Below, one piece after another: positions 37,435 to 55,500 of a DNA stretch of 64,000 nt. The DNA lies in NCBI RefSeq assembly GCF_964355755.1, contig NC_092676.1, positions 30,274,871 to 30,338,870 of the forward strand, written 5' to 3'. A program made the translations under genes and the position numbers. The DNA comes from Antedon mediterranea (taxonomy: Eukaryota > Animalia > Echinodermata). How positions within the stretch are numbered: the stretch's first letter is position 1; each line of letters opens with the position of its first letter. Under the pieces are notes generated by a model. It had not been told where the DNA came from. It ran no database searches and was given only the letters and a program-made list of their open reading frames with translations.

Positions 37435-39373
37435 ATGCAGATGATTATTCAAGTTAGTCTGTTAACGTTGACAGTGTTGCACGTGGCATACGCTAACAAA
37501 TATGGTTGCCCGATGTACAAAGCAACGGAGTTGATGGCTGGCCCACGTAAGTAAACTGGTCAGATACTGCAGTAATTTACGTTGATTAGATCTTCCTCAT
37601 TTATTTATTAAGATCGTTAATTTGTATTTTTGTATACTGAAATAATTTTTGAAGAGCTTTAACTCATGTTTGATTAACTGATTTTATTTTAAAATTATTT
37701 TCATTTTGGAAACCAATTTCTACGACTTTTATGTTGATTTTTGTAAACCGATAAATAATAAATATTTACGCTGACAAATTAATAAAAATAAAGGTTTAAC
37801 TCATTTGTATGTTTGATTTGCTGATTTTATTTTTTTAAATTTATTTTTTATTTTGGAAACCAATTTTTATGACTTTATGTTGCTTTTTGTGAGCCAATAA
37901 ATAAATATTCCACTAAATAATACATATTTACGCTACCGCCGAAGAATAACGAAGAATATGCCTATACGTATCTCCACCAATATAATAAACATAATTATAT
38001 TACTTTATATTTGGAAGATGCTTACATATGATATTATAGCCTACACCAATTAATAATGTATCCATCGTGTTCGTTCTGTTCCATCAACCCTGACTCGACG
38101 CATTTATTTTTGTATTTCATTCACGTGTACTTAATATCATCAATATGCTGTCATGTTTATTGGAATTGTAAACTAAATAGTATATTTTAAACAGTAATTA
38201 TACTGATGCTTGTGTATATTTACGCGCGCGCGTCTTTTTATCGATATATCGGAGTGGTCTTACTTATTACAAATCTATCACAAACTTATTATTGTTCGAT
38301 TGAGAGTATGTGGTTTGCTTGAAGGGTGTTAGAAGCCATCGAAATGCAGACTTTTACTTTTTTTTTAGTTATTTTCACTTACGAAAATATTAATTGAATG
38401 CCAAAATATTGAAATGTTTATTGATCTTTATTTTATTTATTGCGAATTCAGTTTTATTTCGAAGGTTGGTATTGTTAAAACCAATGTTTCAAATTTACAC
38501 ACAGATCCACTGAATTGACAGCGCTCGATGTACAATTTTTCTTATTTTTTTTATAAATAAAATACAGTCATTACAATTTATTTCTGGTATGAAAATGATA
38601 AATTATAATTTCAGAGAAATGTAAGGATGTGGACGGCAACGAACACAGAATAGGCGATACTTGGCGCACAAAGGATTGCAAGAACTGTGAATGCTATGAC
38701 TATTACCATGCGTGCTGTGACCTGTAAGTTAGACCCATACACCACAGATAGTAAATGCATCCCTTTGTCATACAAATGTATACTACTTAATATAAAAACG
38801 TCAGTGTTGCTATGACTATAAGCATGCGTGCTGTAACCTGTAAATTATTACATGTTAGGCCCATACACCACCACACATAACATAACTGCATTCTATGCTT
38901 TATCATACAATGTACTTATACCGTCGTACATATTAAGGGATTCTAGATTGCTTAAGTTCTGTCTACACTATCAAATTTTGTGTGACAAAAAGTGTGATGT
39001 GCCCAAATATGGTAGTGATATGACATCATCCTGTCCATATATGGGCACATTACATTTTTTTTGTCACACAAAGTTTGATAGTGTGACAGAGCTTTCGTGT
39101 AATAGATCAAACCGTCACTGTTTGTTTGTGTTAGTGTGTCTAAAGAGTTCTTTCTTTAAATTATATCATACAGTTATACAGGGGCTCATAATTTAGATAG
39201 AAAAAAATCAGTATACCTAATGTTTTATTTTATTTTATAGCAAACCTCAATACGTTGATTGGAAATACGCTCCTGACGGTTGTACATCAATATGGAACAC
39301 TCTCACTTGCGAAGAAGAATTTGTTTTGGAATATGACGAAAATATTCCATGTCCATACACTGACAGCAAATGA
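37435..39373 (+). CDS. Beta-microseminoprotein (PSP94/MSMB)-like secreted protein 2, ~117 aa
   Basis: Exons 37435-37546, 38615-38723, 39241-39373. Signal peptide MQMIIQVSLLTLTVLHVAYA, then KCKDVDGNEHRIGDTWRTKDCKNCEC...ACCDL...DGCTSIWNTLTC...NIPC. It has 10 Cys and the same intron phases as copy 1. Confidence 0.88.
37657..37900. repeat. Diverged ~135-bp tandem duplication in an intron
   Basis: tttaactcat...tgtttgatt...ctgattttattt...ttttggaaaccaattt...ttatgttg.tttttgt occurs twice. Confidence 0.7.
38952..39094. mobile_element. MITE family copy (opposite orientation) in the MSMB-like 2 intron
   Basis: ttaagttctgtctacactatcaaa ... aagtttgatagtgtgacagagcttt. Confidence 0.78.
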
Positions 39374-40478
39374 ATACTATACGATGGTATCATCATCAAC
39401 TACTTTACGAATCTTTTCAATTTTTGCTGCATCCACAACATAAATTAAATACTCTAATATGGACTATGCGATTGACACTGAAAATAATTTTACAATGAAC
39501 AATGGTCCACTGACTAAGTCTCCTTTATAGTGACAATAGTTGTTCATTAGAAAATGTCACATTTGTTGAAATAAAGAAAGAAACCAGAGAAACCAAGTCA
39601 TTCTTGTCTTAAGTAAATATTGTCTTGTGGAATTAAAATAGTGTGATACAGTACTGTATATATTTATTAAGTTTTGATGAAAGTTTTTTGAAGAACGAAC
39701 ATAGAGGGCGGGTGTCGTAAAGCGCATAATCCTCTCAGCCAGTGGCCCTCTAGAGTCTAGCTAGTACAAACTTGTTACACTCAATCCATAGGGCGCGCCA
39801 TGCCTGCTTTCTCTTTACTTTTAATTTTGTAGTGATGAAAGACCGATGACCACTAGGCTAGAGGCTGTACCTCTACAATTTGTCATAGGTTAAGTAATGT
39901 ACTGTAATTAATGTACTGTAATTACGATGAATAAAAATGACCAAATAAATATAAAACAACATTTGACTGGCATTATTTTGTAAACCATAGATAGAAGCTT
40001 ATTGTTCTGTGTGTAGGCAGCCCTTCTCACACGATCTCAGAAACCCGTTATACAAGTTCACCCCCCTGGTCAAAGGGCCTAGCAAAATGATGCATCACAA
40101 ATGAGCTAAATGGAAACGGTATTATGAAACTTCCTGTTCCGGGGAAACTCAGAAAATATTTAATAAATATTTGTGAAGTCCGAAAGAATAACAAAATAAT
40201 TGTTTCATTACAATCAATCATTTATTGAATCAAAATTTACATGAAACAATTTCTAGGCCTACGTTATTTATGTTGACAAATTCTCCCGCGTAGGGGGTTA
40301 CGGTGTTCTTCCCACACGTACACAACACAGAACACAACTAAGCCTACATTGTTGAAAATTCACACAGCGGCGGCGACAGGAGCCGCTTATTGCTCATCAT
40401 CAATTTAAAGTACACTGTCGAGGGGCCTTCTTGTGCTGATGTTGGATGTGACAGGCACATTCACTTTAATCAGCAATC

Positions 40479-44922
<4,444 letters not shown>

Positions 44923-47739
44923 AATAACACAAAAGAACTTAGAAGATTACCAGCCAGCCATGATGCCAAAAGGATTTAAAACTAAATATTGTTTTATTCC
45001 TTGGCTGGATATAAAATAAGAGTACGATTGCTCGCCATATCAATTGAGGTTGCCCACATCAATGATGAGCATGTTGGCTAATAACAGGGAGTGTCAATTT
45101 GGGGATGTGATTCATTTTATCAATTTAGGGTGTGATTCTTATGAATTTAAAAATAACTTGATTTTTGCTCATTCAATTTATACATTATATTACAAAGTTA
45201 TCACTGACATTCAATTGAGTTCATAATAGAAAGGCACCACTATCTTACAACACATTTCTTACCAATCATTTGACCTTACCAAAGTGTTCAAAATCATCAG
45301 GGGTATAGATCATCAAAGCCAATTCATTTTCCACTCAATTACAGCACCCTAGAGGATATACAACTAGACTCTCATACATTATATAAACCTAGATATAATA
45401 CCATCAGGAGAGAGTTTTGATGTCAGAGCAATTACCGTAATCAACAGAACTCACATTAACAGCACAAATACATTGAAAACTAACCCCGACATTCACACAA
45501 ACAAAAGAAGGCAACTATTATGAGCATTAAGCTGACTGCCTATTTACATCGCTCACAAGTAGTCTTCTTCAGGTACTATTCTTCAGGTACTACTTGCATT
45601 GCTGACATCCAATATGTTGATAAGAAAATTATCTGAAGAATGTATACTGCAGAAATGTCATTATTTGTATTTAGTCAGAGCTAGAATACTCACTATGCTG
45701 TACACTCAAATGTTCTGTTCTTCTTATTATATAGTTAAATTGTTTATTATCTAAATAGAATATGCCAGCAGTTACAGGACTATTTTTGGAATATTTCAAT
45801 AATCATGTACGAAGCTTATTTACATACTAATTATATTCTTTCATCATGCAACAGTACTTAACTCATGACTTATAGGAGTGGAAGTCCATGTGTCTTCATT
45901 GCGTCTTGGCCAGAAGTTAAAAATGAAAACGCAAACATGCTGTCTGAACATAAAATTAAATGTTTACAAATTAGCCAAAACATTTTGAGAAGCAAGCAAA
46001 GCACATCAAGTTTTACACACAACATTTAATGATAATAAGTTTGTTACACCATCTGCATTTATACTTTATACTATACATAATAATACTAGTATAGTGTAAA
46101 AAAGCATTGTACATCATTTGATAAATAAGTGAATGTTAATTACTTTGTTAGATAGCAATCTTTTGTTATACCATTTCACTATTTAATTTATACCATTACA
46201 GTAAAATCCGATAATGCCTCATTTGTCATCTCCATGTTTTATGTTATACATTAGTGTATGCTTACTTTAAGCAGTATTATATCATCTGTAGAAAGCATAC
46301 ACTAAGCACCCAACAGTTTGTGAAATACTTGTTTGAATATTGCACCATGCACACGATTGAGATGATTTTGTATTGAAATGTTTCCTATTGGAATATTATA
46401 CCAATAATGATATTGTGGATGATCAAAGTTATACCAAGTATACACTTAAAATATGCTAATATTTGTCATTAAGTGGCTTAGGGAGTGTGAGTGTTAATCA
46501 TATCTACCAAGGTAACAAAACTCTTATTATACTGTTAATACTGCAATCTTAAGCTTTGCATCTATTGTTCAATTCTAGTCTTTAACTTGCAAACAAATTA
46601 GAGGTTACGGAGGAGAGCATGTAAATAGAGCTAGGAGTTTTGTAATATTATCGGTGCTAGTTTTTTTTCCCAGCCTTAGTACATTCTTGATTTTTGTGTC
46701 ACTCCCTAAGCTTCATAATAATGAGGTACTTAATTTAAATCCTAACTACACTACAGATCCAATTAACTTATTAGAAATTCTCAAAGAATTACAGAGAAAT
46801 GTCTAAATATGATAATCGTGTTTTTATGTAAAAATGTATACTGTAACTGCTTTTTTTATTACCATTTTTTTTTATTTTACGATTTAGAAAATGATTTTAA
46901 TAATATCCCATTGGTTAGTTAATTTGTACAGTAGCAAACTTGTAATAATACATACCCAGTATATGGTATATAACAGCTGTTTGATGAATTTTTGTTTGCG
47001 AGTTGTGGTTTATGACCTTCCCTTTTCCCCTGCCCCACCCACTTGGTCAAGTACTGTATATACACCTTACAAAATTGATGAGTGTTGTGCACTTGAAGAC
47101 CTCAAACATATTTTAACAGCACTGATTATTTTAATCATAAATCGTAATTTGTCTATATTATGTGTGCCTTGGTGATTCAAACAAAAAAGACAGAAAGCAA
47201 ATAATTCTATTAGCAGAAAGATTTTAATCCTATAACATCAAAATTTAAACACAAAGAAACCAAATGTTTGAGTCCTTTTGAACATGCAAAATGCTGTAAT
47301 TTCTAGTGATTGGCTGCAGCACCCCATTTAAATATCATCACATACTCTCCAATACCCACAATTGTTATACAGTAATACTGTAGTATGAAGAATCATAGAG
47401 TACAATAAGTGGGCCTGTGAATGGAAGGTAACTATGCCAACAACACTGAGAGCAACATCAATATGATAGAATAGACCTGAGAGAGAGAAACGTAGGTATT
47501 GTATCAAAGGCAACATTTGTTTTACTTATTCTGTATAAAATACCATTAAATAGTTTACATCAATTGTACTACAAATTTATTGTTTTCAATAATTCTTCGG
47601 TAGTAACCTAAATGTAAATCTCTCTAAAAATGGACCAGACTTGGTCTTTAAATGTTATTTTGTAATTATCAGAATAGTTCTTTGGAGGAAAATATAAATA
47701 ATAAAAATTATAATATGCACAACAACGCCGCATAGTCCA

Positions 47740-49547
47740 CTAAATCTTGTAAGCATTGGAAAAACTTATCGATGTTGTCAATGATTTGAGAGATCCACCG
47801 GCTATGAAAAATGCCATTACTCCCGTAACTGCTAGTACAACATATACAACTGCTAAAACTAGACCATATAAATGATGTGTTGAGAGGAGAAGAGACTGAA
47901 AATAAAACATATGGTAATTAAATTAAACAAAACTTCAAGAATTTGAATTAGAATTTGAAGACTGTCTAAATAAACTTGTTAACTTATTAATCATTCTCCT
48001 ACAAAGCAAAATGTCTGCATATTTTTACTTACCATAAGTGAAACACCTAGATGTGTTGCTAACACATATACAATGGCCAGATACTTGCGATTTTCACATC
48101 CCCAGAAGAAAATGACATTCCAAAATGTGTGTAGTAGAATAAATGCCATCGTCATAAATGCTACAAGTAAAGAAAAATGGTTAAATTCTGTATTTATTTT
48201 ATTCTTTGTCAATTCGATAGTATCATGTATATTTAACAGGCATCCCAATAAATACTGTAAATTCAACTTACCTGATGTAATAAGGAATTGATGTGGTCCA
48301 CCAGTGAGACCAACCGTTCCAGGGCCCTTAGAGTCTGCTAAAATATTACTGAATGAGAACAGCCCACTCATAACACCGAATCCAAAGCCAGACACTATGT
48401 TAAAAATAAAGCAATATAAAAACTTTGATACAATGAGAAGTGTGCTATTGTAGTCCCAGGGTTGTGGGTTCAAGTTAGTACTGTACTTGGTACTGTACTT
48501 AGTTTGCTCTTGTGACCATTGTTGGAATAGCCAGAAATCATTACGTACCATAAGCATACATATGTTGGCTTTTTTGTGAGGTAGCTGATGTCTGTGAGCC
48601 ATTGTTTGTTCTATTACTAGGTTCACTGAACTGCTGCAAACCATCTTCAGCTTTCCTATAAAATTGAAATTATTGGTTATAATATCTACTGAATAAAATA
48701 TTTAAAAAGCAGACTTTTGTTGTTTGTTCAATTTCCAGATAGTCTACATGAAAGAGAGAGTTTCAACCTTCTTACAGTTTATGTATTTAATTTAGAGTCA
48801 CTCAGAATGACTATATATTAAGCATAGGGTAACTAAACATTTTGTCTCATTATTTCATGTTTTTTGTTTATAGGATGTACATTTACTTTGATTAACATGA
48901 AGCTGTGGCTTCGGAGTGGAGCTGTGGCTTGGTGGTTATGATGCTTGGCTACCAATCTAAGGGTCCTGGGTTCAAGTCCTGTCATATGTCAGGGTTTTTT
49001 TCTCATGACAATTTACAACTCCACTCCCAAAGACTTAATAATAAGTCTTTGTTTATGTAGAGCATCTTGTGTATATGTTTGTCTTGTGAAATTATTAAAT
49101 AGTTTATCCATCCTGTAATTGGCGGGTTACTCGCTGTTGGATGAGTATGAAATAAAATAAAAAAATTAAAAAAATTACCGAAGAATTCTAAAGTAGAGGT
49201 ATCTGAAAGCTTCTTGAAAGAAAATCGAGAAAACTAAACCAAAAGCCAGTTCATCTTTGAGAGGTACTACAGCTGCCCACCAAATTGAAGAAATCAGTAA
49301 CGCTATCAGCCAGAAAAACATTCTGAAACAAAAACATATAATATTTAAACTGAATAAGTTGATTGTTCGTTAAGGCCTAGTTTTTTTTTTTAGAACTATT
49401 TACTCTAAATTTGAAACAAGGTTCTAATACCTACCCAGCAATCATTACAATTATGCGTAAGGGTTCACTAACAACGGTGAACAGGAACATTGCTACTGCC
49501 GGACCATAAGCAATGAACATGGCACCGAAAAACTGCATCACGGTCAT
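47740..49547 (-). CDS. APH1: Gamma-secretase subunit APH-1, ~256 aa, 6 coding exons
   Basis: Exons 49547-49435, 49322-49179, 48655-48549, 48394-48272, 48160-48033, 47895-47740. Motifs MTVMQFFGAMFIAYGP, FFWLIALLISS, QEAFR, KAEDGL, the GxxxG motif AYVSGFGFGVMSG, GPGTVG and LLHTFW. Confidence 0.96.
48918..49175 (+). mobile_element. tRNA-derived SINE in APH-1 intron 2 (antisense)
   Basis: A-box TGGCTTGGTGG (~48925) and B-box GGTTCAAGTCC (48969) lie at tRNA spacing, followed by an unrelated body and an A-rich tail. There is no intact acceptor stem. Confidence 0.7.
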
Positions 49548-50288
49548 GGTGATTTTTTCCCAACTACAGGACTGTGTTTTATTCAAGGCACTTGTTTGAT
49601 AAATCTGTAACAAAATGAATTGTTTAGAACCTTCCTGACCAACCACTGCTTTGAATCCATTTAGTATTTTATTTAAAATTATATATTTTTTATATTTTAG
49701 TCAGTAATTAATCAATGATTTAGGTTATTAATATTAAAAACCAATAAAAAGAGACATCATATTATTGATTACCCTTCAAATGTTATTGATATTTATAATA
49801 GCCAACGTATGCATCGTTAGAGAACCTGTATCGTTAGGTCTAAATAATTATATAGATTTCCCTTCCACACACCTTACTGTATATCTATATACATTACTGT
49901 ATATCTATACCTCCCTCTTTGCACACACCACATACAATGCATTGCTTGGCACAACAAATTGAGTTTGAGCCGGTCACTTGATCATTCCAAACAGAGAGAG
50001 GCGAGTAGGCAGGCCTTCGCCAACCTAAACCAGGGAACAACTCCCTGCCTAAACATTGGCTATTTAGTTCTGAAATGGCGGTAATCATCACTGTGTTATA
50101 TTCATTAACGGATATAATATTTATTTATACAAACCTTTCAATTTAAATTTACTTAAATTACAAATCGAATCGGTGAATTCATCGACGGTGGTGGTAAACA
50201 ATGAAATCTGATCAAGATCGTCGACTTCCTGCTTTTGTACTAGGCCTAGACTTCAAATCCAGCATGCTTTATTAATTTAGAGTGTCAT

Positions 50289-50479
50289 TTGGCGTATTCG
50301 ATTGGGTAATTTTTGTTCTCACCAGAAAATTTTCTATACAATTTTTCCCTCCATTGTTTTAAATTTTTTCTTCGAATGGTAACGCAAATTGTTCATTAAA
50401 TAAGTACAACTTAAAATTCGAAATACCTTACTCTGTTAATTTTTTTTCTAAACGTTAGTCCTCCAATCGAATACGCCAA
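50289..50479. mobile_element. ~190-bp MITE of a different family
   Basis: A perfect 17-bp inverted repeat TTGGCGTATTCGATTGG (50289) / CCAATCGAATACGCCAA (50463) surrounds an AT-rich interior. Confidence 0.65.
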
Positions 50480-50870
50480 TTTGTTTTAAAATAACTAAAA
50501 CTAAAGAGGCATTCAAAAACAATTTAATATAAAATCATTCAATTTTATTCATGTTTGTCTAAAAGTAAAGATATTTGTTATTCTAGGTCTTGCCTAGTGA
50601 TTACAAAAATATATGACAAAAAGTTGTAAAATGTGTTTCTACACTGAGTAAAAAAATCAGTTGTAATTGCATAGTTTTTTCCAAGGTATTTGGGAGATGT
50701 CGATTGTTGTGGTCCAGATCATCTAACTAATTGTTTTTCCATATTAACGATGTGCTTTCACAAATTAGATTGTCATTCAAATGTTTGTGTTTAATTGAAT
50801 ACAGAAAACTCTATCCAATTACAGCTAGGCTATTCTACAACGATTAATGTGTGATTACATTGAGTGTATA

Positions 50871-52057
50871 CTATTCTTTCTTTGGCTTTATTTGTTGCGT
50901 CGTCTCTTTAAATCCATGAAAAACACAAACAAATAACAGCAATGCAAGCAGAATAGCTGGTATAACTTCTACAGTACTTCCAAGAACAACCATTGAATAC
51001 ACAGATATCACTGATATTGACATCAAGATTAGAGCAGAGCCTCTTCTAACGAACGGTTTTCCAAAAGCAAGGAGTGATCCAAAGCACAGTTCCGCAACTC
51101 CACATAAAGTGCGATAGAATGCAGCATTTGGCATTGGGAAACCAAGCTCTACTAATGGACACACATGAGCCCAGAATTTAAAAGTGTCAACCTGCAAAAT
51201 ACAAAAGGATTACATTAGTTTTCAAGAAAAAAGATTGGGTATTTGATATAATTAAACTATTAAATTAAAAGGTTTTTTTTTCTTTTTCCATTTTGAATAC
51301 CAATTTGTTCATAATTTGTTGCCGAAAGTTTAGCTCCTTCATCTTCCTTCTTTGACTTCTCGGATTGATTTCCAAACTATTCTTTGTTGTCAAATGTTAA
51401 TACACTATTTTTGATCTCGATGTTTCTTCTTTTTTTTTCTCCTATTTCTCGTCAAAAATTTGATGTTCTATTCAGGCCACCCTTTGCTCGAACTGTCTGT
51501 TTTCAATCTTCACTCTTTCCTACATTCTGTAAACTTTGCAATGGTCTTCCCTCTGAATTAAGTGAGCTTGCTCTTGGCAGGTTTCGAGAATTCGAGACTG
51601 GTCTTCGCCAACACTATTTCTTTTGATTTTACCTGGTCCCTGCTGTATTTTTTTACATAATGTCTTAGATTTTTATTATTTAATTTTTTCTCGTCATTTA
51701 TTTTATATTTATATTATATTTTATTTATGTTAAAGGAAAGTCTTTAAACAGTGATTGGGTTCGCTTGTGACACTAATCCTGGCTTTTTGTTTCATTATAT
51801 ATTTTTATGTATTCTGTTGTAATTGTAATGAGCCAATATTGAATAAATCAAATGAATAGTAGTTTAGTACAGACAGTATATTATTATTTATAATTTTTAT
51901 AAGCAAATATTAAAAATAAATGAAAAGTAGTTATTATTTATGTTCTCCTTACCATCATATCATGATACGGTTGCAATGGGACAATCTTTGGAATACATCC
52001 TCCAACAAAAAATACTCCAACTATCACTGCTATCTTGTCAACAATTGATGCCCTCAT
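50871..52057 (-). CDS. TMEM35B/NACHO-family (DoxX-like) membrane protein, paralog A, ~141 aa
   Basis: Exons 52057-51953 (MRASIVDKIAVIVGVFFVGGCIPKIVPLQPYHDMM) and 51191-50871 (F..WAHVCPL...YRTLCGVAELCFGSLLAFG). It has four hydrophobic segments. Confidence 0.8.
51460..51860 (+). mobile_element. Degenerate 3' fragment of a non-LTR retrotransposon in the paralog A intron
   Basis: The translation FRPPFARTVCFQSSLFPTFCKLCNGLPSEL resembles the RT C-terminal 'RT..F..SFFP....LWN.LP' motif, followed by a T-rich 3' UTR and an AATAAA tail. Confidence 0.5.
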
Positions 52058-52532
52058 TTCGTATACAAATAAATTTAGTACAATTTACAGTTGGATCACC
52101 ACAGGCAGGTACTGAGTAAAGAGAGAGAGGTAAGAGAATATATTTGAGGGCGGGGAATCAACTATCAAAGAGATTAAGTTATGCGAGTTAGATTCATGAA
52201 TAAATTAGAAAGTAAAATAAAATTGCAATTTTAGGCATAACAATCCTCTTTGCTCTCTCTAAGTACGTCTAAACTAAGCTCAAGGTGACGACGTGTGTGT
52301 GTTATTTGATTTGTTTTTCATGCAGTTGCCAGGATGTAATCTTCATTAAATCTTTTTTTATTTACATTACGTTTGTAAAATATAGTTTAATGACGTATAT
52401 AATTACGTAACAATTATTTTGTGTATTTAAATCTAATAAAAGCATGATTAAAGTAATTTATGAAACGATTTAAAGTGGTTAAACCAATTTTAACTCTCTG
52501 GCAATTGACAAACGAGGATCGGATTGCAAAAC

Positions 52533-55500
52533 ATGGCGACTTGCAGTGAACTCAATCGTGAGAAGGCAGATACAATTAAATCAAGTCAAACAGAAGATAC
52601 CAATGCATCGGCTTCGAAAAGTTCAAACGAAACACCATGTTTAATCGTTTTAGGAATGGCTGGTTCAGGAAAAACAACATTTGTTCAGGTAACAAGGCTG
52701 CATACACAATAGCTAAACTGTAGGCCCTTTCTTAAAACTGCACCATCTGCAGTTTCCAGGGATAAATTGCTTCAAGACATGGGGCGAAACGTCCACAGTC
52801 ACACTTATTTACTCCTGGTAGCGCCCGGTGTGTTTTGTAATTTACCTTGATTTACCTTGACCTTTAGACTATAAACCTGTTAAGGTTTGTGAGTCCCTCT
52901 TTGAACATCTTGGTTATATGGCTCAAACTTTAGGTTGTGGGTTTTCCAGTGTGTTTCAAGATGGGTTTTAAAATTATTTATAGAGGATGCATTTACTATA
53001 TGATATGGCAAACTATTCCAATCATTTACTGCAGATATTGAAAAGAATTTCTGTCTGTGTTTCGATTTACTATCATGAACTTTTTTAATTTTAAAATTGT
53101 GGCCTCTAGTTACAGTAGATGGTGCTAATTCGAAAAAGACACCCGGATTAACATTATCATACTTTTGTATCATTCTAAAAATCTGTAAGCAGCAAGACCT
53201 CTTTCTTCGAAATGCTAATGATGGCAGTTTCATAAATTTCATTCGGTCACTATATGGTTGAGTTTTAATTTCCACAGCAAGTTTTGTGGCTCTTTGCTGA
53301 ACTTTTTCTAAGAGAATAGAATCACCAACAAACTGAGGAAGACAAGCCGTACTAGAATATTCTAAAATCGGTCTAACCATTGATTTATAAAGGATAGACA
53401 CTAAATGACTGTCTAAATATTCAAAGGTTCTCTTAATTAAACCAAGTCTAGAGTTAGCCTTTTTAACAACTTCAACGATATGATCATGAAAATTCAATTT
53501 ATTATCAACTAAAACACCAAGATCTCTCATCTGAGTTACAACTCCTAACTGAATTCTATCTGAACCTGTTCCCATAAAGTATGTTGTGTTCAAGGATTTT
53601 TTACCGAGATGCATAACCTTACATTTATTAATATTAAAGGGCAACTGCCACTTTACTGACCATTTATACATCTTATCAATGTCCGCCTGAAAATCAAGAG
53701 CATCTATGTCTGAATCAACAGCTTTGTATGTCTTTGAATCATCAGCAAACAAAAAAAGAGTAATATAAAATGTACCGCTATTATAAGTATAGTACATGTT
53801 TGTTATTAAATATGTCAATGATATGGTATATTTAGTTTATATTAATTAATTGTAAAACCAAATTATGTTGGAATTTTTTTTTGTGACAAAATCAATTAAT
53901 TAACACATTTTATTTATCATAATAATAATATTTAAATGTTATACTTATAGTGTACTAACTAATATCACATTCATAATTAACGCGAATCTCCTACTTTTAT
54001 GAAATTGGAGCAGAGCAGCATCAGAATGAACCTAAATCACTAACAATTTATGTCAATAATTAAATAAATATAATAAACATTTTTCTTTTATTTCTTATAT
54101 TGCAGAGATTAACCGGCCATTTGCATGCAAAGAAGACCCCTCCTTATGTCATTAACTTAGATCCAGCAGTACATGAAGTTAATTTTCCAGTCAACATTGG
54201 CAAGTTATAACAAATTATCTTTCTCAACATTTCAATTCAATTACGCTTTAAAAAAAAGAGCTTTGTAAACCAATTTTGTGTTAAAGTAGTGCCATGCTAA
54301 CTAGAAACTGTAACATGTGTAATTCTTGCAGATATTAGAGACACTGTAAATTACAAAGAAATAATGAAGCAATATGGACTTGGACCTAATGGGGGAATTA
54401 TGACATCACTCAATCTGTTTTCTACAAAATTTGACCAAGTCATGCAGTTTGTTGAGAAAAACAGTACAGATTCAAAGTATGTTGAATTCATTCATTCATC
54501 AACATTTCTATTTGAAGATAAAAAAAAAAACATATAAAAATACAACAAGAATGATAATGGAAGGGATACAAAATAAGCACAAGTGCTTTAAACATGTAAC
54601 CCTAACAACATTTAACAAAAATTAGTACAAAGAAACAAAAAAGAATAAATTCCGAGTTTACTTCCAAAATTGTGAATGTGTTTATAAATCAGTATGATGA
54701 TGAGGTTTATCTGTTCTTTCAGGTATGTAATCCTTGATACACCTGGACAAATTGAAGTGTTTACTTGGTCTGCATCTGGCACCATCATATCAGAAACTTT
54801 GGTTAGTATGATATAGTTTCATTATCATTGTTTAAGCATTTAACAAATTCTGTTATAGAAAAAGGTATGCTTAAAAATGATTATTTTAAATGCTGATAAA
54901 TTGAAAAGATAGTAACAGAAATGACTTTAAAAATAGGGGGCATGATGATAGAAAGGGAATTTTTATTTTTGCTTTTTCTTGTAGGGCTCAACATTTCCTA
55001 CTGTTATAGTGTATGTTATGGATACTGCCAGGAGTGTTAATCCAGTCACCTTCATGTCAAATATGTTATATGCTTGCAGGTAGGCTTCAGTTTGTTCCAC
55101 ATAATTATCTCTGTCATATCAACAATCTTATTTTTAGTAATCACCATCATTTCCTAAACTGATAAAACCATCATTTTCTAAACTGATAAAAATATTCTTT
55201 TTTTTTGTAGTATTCTCTACAAGTTTAAACTACCCTTCATTGTAGTTATGAACAAGGTAAGTTTTTACCATTTATACACCCCAATTTACAGTACTTGGTA
55301 ATCATTTAATGCTAATTATATTTTTTTTATGGTATTGAAATCTGTTGCTGTGCTTCAAACATTGTATGCAAAGCTCAGATTAAAATTACATTTATAGAGA
55401 ATCGTTTAAAGTAAACTATAAATAAACTATCTTTAATTTTAATTAGACAGACATTATATCAAACGATTTTGCTGTTGAGTGGATGCAGGATTTTGAAGCA

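Noticed and set aside
48918-48995. tRNA gene
   Set aside because: A and B boxes are present but the cloverleaf stems do not pair, and it continues into a SINE-like body and tail.
52745-52800. GGGGCGAAACGTCC segment resembling a Penelope/hammerhead end next to the LINE tail
   Set aside because: There is no CTGANGA core upstream, so support is insufficient.
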